Shown piece after piece: positions 60,454-64,000 of a stretch of 64,000 bases of DNA. The position numbers were made by a program, and so were the translations under genes. Numbering within the stretch: position 1 is the first letter of the stretch; each line of letters opens with the position of its first letter. The stretch comes from Candidatus Wolfebacteria bacterium (GTDB lineage Bacteria; Patescibacteriota; Minisyncoccia; Phycocordibacterales; EsbW-18), in assembly GCA_022616195.1 (NCBI GenBank), contig JAKEFG010000015.1, positions 9,354-73,353 of the forward strand. Reading direction: 5' to 3'. The notes beneath the pieces are model-generated. The model was given only the letters and a program-made list of their open reading frames with translations, made no database searches and was not told the origin of the DNA.

Positions 60454-60870
60454 ATGACAGAGAATTGTAGAAAACTTTTTTGGGCACTTGTGCTTTTTGT
60501 TATTGCTTGGACGCCTCGTCTTGTGTCTGCTCAACGGGGAGGGGGAGGAAATACTCCTCCTCCGCCCGGGGGCGGGGGGAACGCGCCTCCTCCGCCGGCT
60601 CCTACTGCCGTCAAGCTCACGAACCCGCTCAAAGCAGAGAGCCTCGCTGGCTTTATAGAACAGGTGCTCATTATTGTCCGCGACATCGGCTTCCTGGTGG
60701 CGGTGTTCTTTATTGTCTATGCCGGATTTCTCTTTGTGACGGCGCGCGGTGACGAGACGCAGCTCACCAAGGCAAAGGGCGCGTTTCTCTGGGCGGTTGT
60801 TGGTACAGCCGTGCTTCTTGGTGCCTGGATATTTGCGAAAGCAATCCAAGGCACCGTTAACGCATTGTAG
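60454..60870 (+). CDS. VirB2/T4SS-type pilin 2
   Basis: Pro/Gly linker, LTNPL, YAGFLFVTARGD....AK, VG.AVLLGA. Confidence 0.75.
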   Translation: MTENCRKLFWALVLFVIAWTPRLVSAQRGGGGNTPPPPGGGGNAPPPPAPTAVKLTNPLKAESLAGFIEQVLIIVRDIGFLVAVFFIVYAGFLFVTARGDETQLTKAKGAFLWAVVGTAVLLGAWIFAKAIQGTVNAL

Positions 60871-60883
60871 GGTATACTGTTCT

Positions 60884-61249
60884 ATGAGAACGATGAGAAA
60901 GGTTACAGAGAAGATACTGCAGCTCACTGTACTTGGTTTTGGTGCCATGCCTCTTGTGGTGTCGGCAGAGACATTAGAGAGTCTCATCAGAACAAAACTT
61001 CTGATTTTGGTGAACCCCATTATCCTGGTGGTGAGCGGACTAGCACTAGTTTTCTTTTTCTGGGGGATTGCAAAGTTGATACTTTCCGCCGGTGATGAAA
61101 AGGGGCGCGAGGAGGGTAAGAAGGTGATGCTCTGGGGCATCATCGCTCTTTTCGTTCTGTTTTCTGTCTGGGGTATAGTACAGTTGTTACAACGAAGTCT
61201 GTTTGATGGAGTATTGCCCCCACCTGCGCCGTTCTCATCGGACTCATGA
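60884..61249 (+). CDS. VirB2/T4SS-type pilin 3
   Basis: FFWG.AK.I.SAGDE.....GK..MLWGIIALFV..SVWGIV. Confidence 0.75.
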   Translation: MRTMRKVTEKILQLTVLGFGAMPLVVSAETLESLIRTKLLILVNPIILVVSGLALVFFFWGIAKLILSAGDEKGREEGKKVMLWGIIALFVLFSVWGIVQLLQRSLFDGVLPPPAPFSSDS

Positions 61250-61324
61250 GTTATTTTATATCTCCAGTATTTTGTTTCGATGATGTTGGTTGATTACTAT
61301 AATAATAAGCGATATGTTACGTGT

Positions 61325-61738
61325 ATGGCATCTCACTATAAAAGCGGAGTAGCAATAGTCAGCGCACTCGTGTTATTCGCGGTCATGGTGCCGCGGGTTG
61401 TTTTTGGGCAAACCATAACAGGGATACTTGATACAGCGGGTGGTATTGTCGGTCGGCTGATACCGATAGTCGCCGGGGTTGCTCTACTCGTTTTCTTTTG
61501 GGGACTTGTCAGGTTTATTGCGAGCGCGGGAAGCGAAGACGGGCGAAAGGCGGGAAAACAAATAATGCTCTGGGGCATCATCGCGCTCTTTGTCATGATA
61601 GCGATTTGGGGCATCGTTGCATTTATAAGGGTCTCTCTTGGTGTCAATCAGGAGGATAATCCGAACGCTCCCTGCCTCAGAGGTCTTCCTGGGTGTCCTA
61701 GTTCTGGGGGTTCCAGTGGCGGCACTCAGTCAGTGTAA
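61325..61738 (+). CDS. VirB2/T4SS-type pilin 4
   Basis: FFWGLVRFIASAGSEDGRKAGKQIMLWGIIALFV. Confidence 0.75.
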   Translation: MASHYKSGVAIVSALVLFAVMVPRVVFGQTITGILDTAGGIVGRLIPIVAGVALLVFFWGLVRFIASAGSEDGRKAGKQIMLWGIIALFVMIAIWGIVAFIRVSLGVNQEDNPNAPCLRGLPGCPSSGGSSGGTQSV

Positions 61739-61882
61739 AGGAAGAGTTCAGTGGATTCCGACTAATCCACAGCATCTTGATAGTATTGTATGATCCTGTG
61801 CTATCCTTAAACGTGTAGTCGGCACGCCGCATCGCTGGCGTCATTAATCAAAATAGTAGTAAGTTTCTATAATATAAATAGT

Positions 61883-62242
61883 ATGAAAACGTTTCAGAAA
61901 GTTCTTATTCTCACGGGCGCGGCGCTTCTGCCGGTCGCAACGGTGCATGCCCAACTCGGGAACATTGAAGATATCGTTGATGGTATTGGTCGGATTGTCA
62001 GCCTTTTGACACCGATTGTCGTCGGTATCGCGCTTCTCGCGTTCTTTTGGGGTCTTGCGAAGTTCATCTTCAGCGCTGGTGATGAAGAGGCGCGCAAGGC
62101 GGGCAAACAAATCATGATTTATGGTATTATCGCTCTCTTTATCATGATTTCCATCTGGGGCATCGTCCGCTTCATCGGTGACGCGTTGGATATTGATCCT
62201 GAAAGAAACCCCGGGGCAGTTCCCGGCGTTCCCATTCCCTAG
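61883..62242 (+). CDS. VirB2/T4SS-type pilin 5
   Basis: FFWGLAKFIFSAGDEEARKAGKQIMIYGIIALF. Confidence 0.75.
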   Translation: MKTFQKVLILTGAALLPVATVHAQLGNIEDIVDGIGRIVSLLTPIVVGIALLAFFWGLAKFIFSAGDEEARKAGKQIMIYGIIALFIMISIWGIVRFIGDALDIDPERNPGAVPGVPIP

Positions 62243-62306
62243 TTTTCGTCCTACACTACACCTTTCGAGCCGACACGGGTAGGTGTTGGTTTGTACCACA
62301 ACTTCC

Positions 62307-62603
62307 ATGCCCACCACCTCTATTGAAGTATTGGTCCCGAAGGTGTACGACACGATAGTCGTGCCGATATTCTGGGTGCTCTTTAGTGTCGCCTTCATTG
62401 TCTTTTTCTGGGGCGTGGTTGAATTTATTCGGGATGCGGGGAGCGAAGATGGTAGGAAGAAAGGACGCCAACACATGCTCTGGGGCATCATCGGGATTCT
62501 CATAATGTCCTCGGTATTCGGTATCACTAGGGTACTGATTGATACCGTCGGCTTGAGCGGCGACAAAGGAGGCGTTACGGGTCCGCCCGTGCTTCAGCCG
62601 TAG
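62307..62603 (+). CDS. VirB2/T4SS-type pilin 6
   Basis: FFWGVVEFIRDAGSEDGRKKGRQHMLWGIIG. Confidence 0.72.
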   Translation: MPTTSIEVLVPKVYDTIVVPIFWVLFSVAFIVFFWGVVEFIRDAGSEDGRKKGRQHMLWGIIGILIMSSVFGITRVLIDTVGLSGDKGGVTGPPVLQP

Positions 62604-62728
62604 TAAAAAACCTTAGCCGCCCCCGCGCTTCGCGGGGGTGGCCTTGTGTACAAAAGAAAAGACGAGGCCGTGTGCACGAGTTTAAGCCGTGCGCGTGCCT
62701 CATCCGTGCCCGCTGGAGCGGGTGTCAG

Positions 62729-64000
62729 CTAGGAATCCCAGGCGGAGTAAACCTCCACCATTGACGTCGGTGAGACGCCGACGAACTGCAGGGTCTCCAG
62801 GTACTCCTCGGGACCGAGCACCTTTGCCTCGCGAAGGTTGATGTGCTCGTCCTGTGGCGAACATTCTCCGAGTACCCGTCCGTTGACGAACACGACAATC
62901 GTCCCCGAAAGCACGTGCCATCCGAAATCGGTTCCGCCAACCGCCGAGTAGAGCGGTGACATCTCGTCCGTCTTAAGCAACTTCACCTCGGTCGGCTTGG
63001 TCGCTGTGAGGACGGTGAATTGAGATGCGGGACCCCGACTCCCTTCGCTCAGCGCCGCCTGTGTTGCGGCTGGCGGAGGCTCTGCCTCACGCTCGGCCAC
63101 CCACTCCCACGCGGGCACGAGATACTCGTCGTATACCCAGCGAGCGGTAGGTGTGAGAGCGACCGCGGTGATGACCGCAACGACTCCCACCGCCAAGGTG
63201 CGCTTCCACCCCGCGAGGGTGGTAACGACGACGAGCGCGAGCGCGAGCGCCACGAGGTACTCCGGGTGCTCCACGAACGGCACCAGGAGGAGTACCAAGA
63301 CGGCGAACGCGAGTTGTCCGACGCGCCGCTTGATGAGTGCCTTCCGCGCTTGCCAACTCCTCTCATCTTCCTTTTCCTGGAGGAGTTCAGCGACTTCCTC
63401 CATGAGCCGGTTGATGGGGAAGGCAAGAGCGTAGACGAGTGTCAGCAGTCCTGCGGTGATGGCGAAGAACGCGAGTGCGACCCATCGGTACTGCTCCAAT
63501 CCGAGGAAGATGGTAGAACCCGCGAAAGCTACCGCGAGTACCACGGGCACGGCGAGGAGCACTAGGTACTGCACGCCGAGGCGCTTCGCCTGTTTCCAGG
63601 CGTTGCTTTCGTATACCCTTCTCCAACCGTCGGCGATTGCGCTCGCGGAGCGAGCGAGCACCCCCGAGCGGTCAAGCATGTCGAGGTAGAGCCGAATCGT
63701 CTCGTCACCCTCGTTCTCGAACGAGTTCCAGAAGGCGATGAAGTTCTCCTCCGCCCTGCGTCCGGGGACGATGACATCCTTGACCGGAGTCTCGGATATC
63801 TTCCTACCCTTTTTGCGCGCCCTGCCGGCGCGCCCGCGGGGCTCCTCGTTGTCCCACTCCTCGATGACTTTCGAGAGGGCGGGGACGCCGCCGATCTCGT
63901 TGCGGCAGGCGGCGAGGGTGTTCCCGAGTATTCGTTCGAACCGAGCCCGGTCCCAGCCGTCCATCGCGGCGTAGATCTGCTCCACCTTGCGGCGTGCGGC
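62729..64000 (-). CDS. Orphan multi-TM hypothetical protein, 5'-partial
   Basis: Long ORF reaching the window edge, several TMs, G/C-ending codons. Confidence 0.65.
   Translation of the reverse strand, partial: AARRKVEQIYAAMDGWDRARFERILGNTLAACRNEIGGVPALSKVIEEWDNEEPRGRAGRARKKGRKISETPVKDVIVPGRRAEENFIAFWNSFENEGDETIRLYLDMLDRSGVLARSASAIADGWRRVYESNAWKQAKRLGVQYLVLLAVPVVLAVAFAGSTIFLGLEQYRWVALAFFAITAGLLTLVYALAFPINRLMEEVAELLQEKEDERSWQARKALIKRRVGQLAFAVLVLLLVPFVEHPEYLVALALALVVVTTLAGWKRTLAVGVVAVITAVALTPTARWVYDEYLVPAWEWVAEREAEPPPAATQAALSEGSRGPASQFTVLTATKPTEVKLLKTDEMSPLYSAVGGTDFGWHVLSGTIVVFVNGRVLGECSPQDEHINLREAKVLGPEEYLETLQFVGVSPTSMVEVYSAWDS

Overview
A bacterial chromosome segment, most likely from a Patescibacteria/CPR (Parcubacteria-like) genome. 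That assignment is inferred from the intron-containing 23S-5S unit with no adjacent 16S, the HARE-HTH sigma-like protein, the tandem VirB2/T4SS-type pilin array and the near absence of Shine-Dalgarno sites. Housekeeping genes are leuS, mltG, rodA, rnr, rpsP, khpA, trmD, rpoB, rpoC, dnaG, rpoD, hpf, fmt, def, mnmA, gyrA and tRNA-Asn. An accessory block holds an ECF sigma/anti-sigma pair, a CHASE2 cyclase with a FecR protein, an MFS transporter and a DEAD-box helicase. The most striking signals are: (1) a 23S rRNA interrupted three times, by a protein-coding stem-flanked insertion at helix 63, an ORF-less group I intron at L2593, and a LAGLIDADG-encoding group I intron inside the sarcin-ricin loop; (2) a candidate ~95-nt small RNA with its own consensus promoter and terminator between def and mnmA; (3) several families of short palindromic and heptameric elements inserted in-frame into proteins; (4) apparent widespread leaderless translation, contrasting with orphan genes that carry strong SD sites; (5) a ruvA-like remnant joined to rodA through a small inverted-repeat element. 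All family assignments come from motif recognition by eye; no database searches were run.
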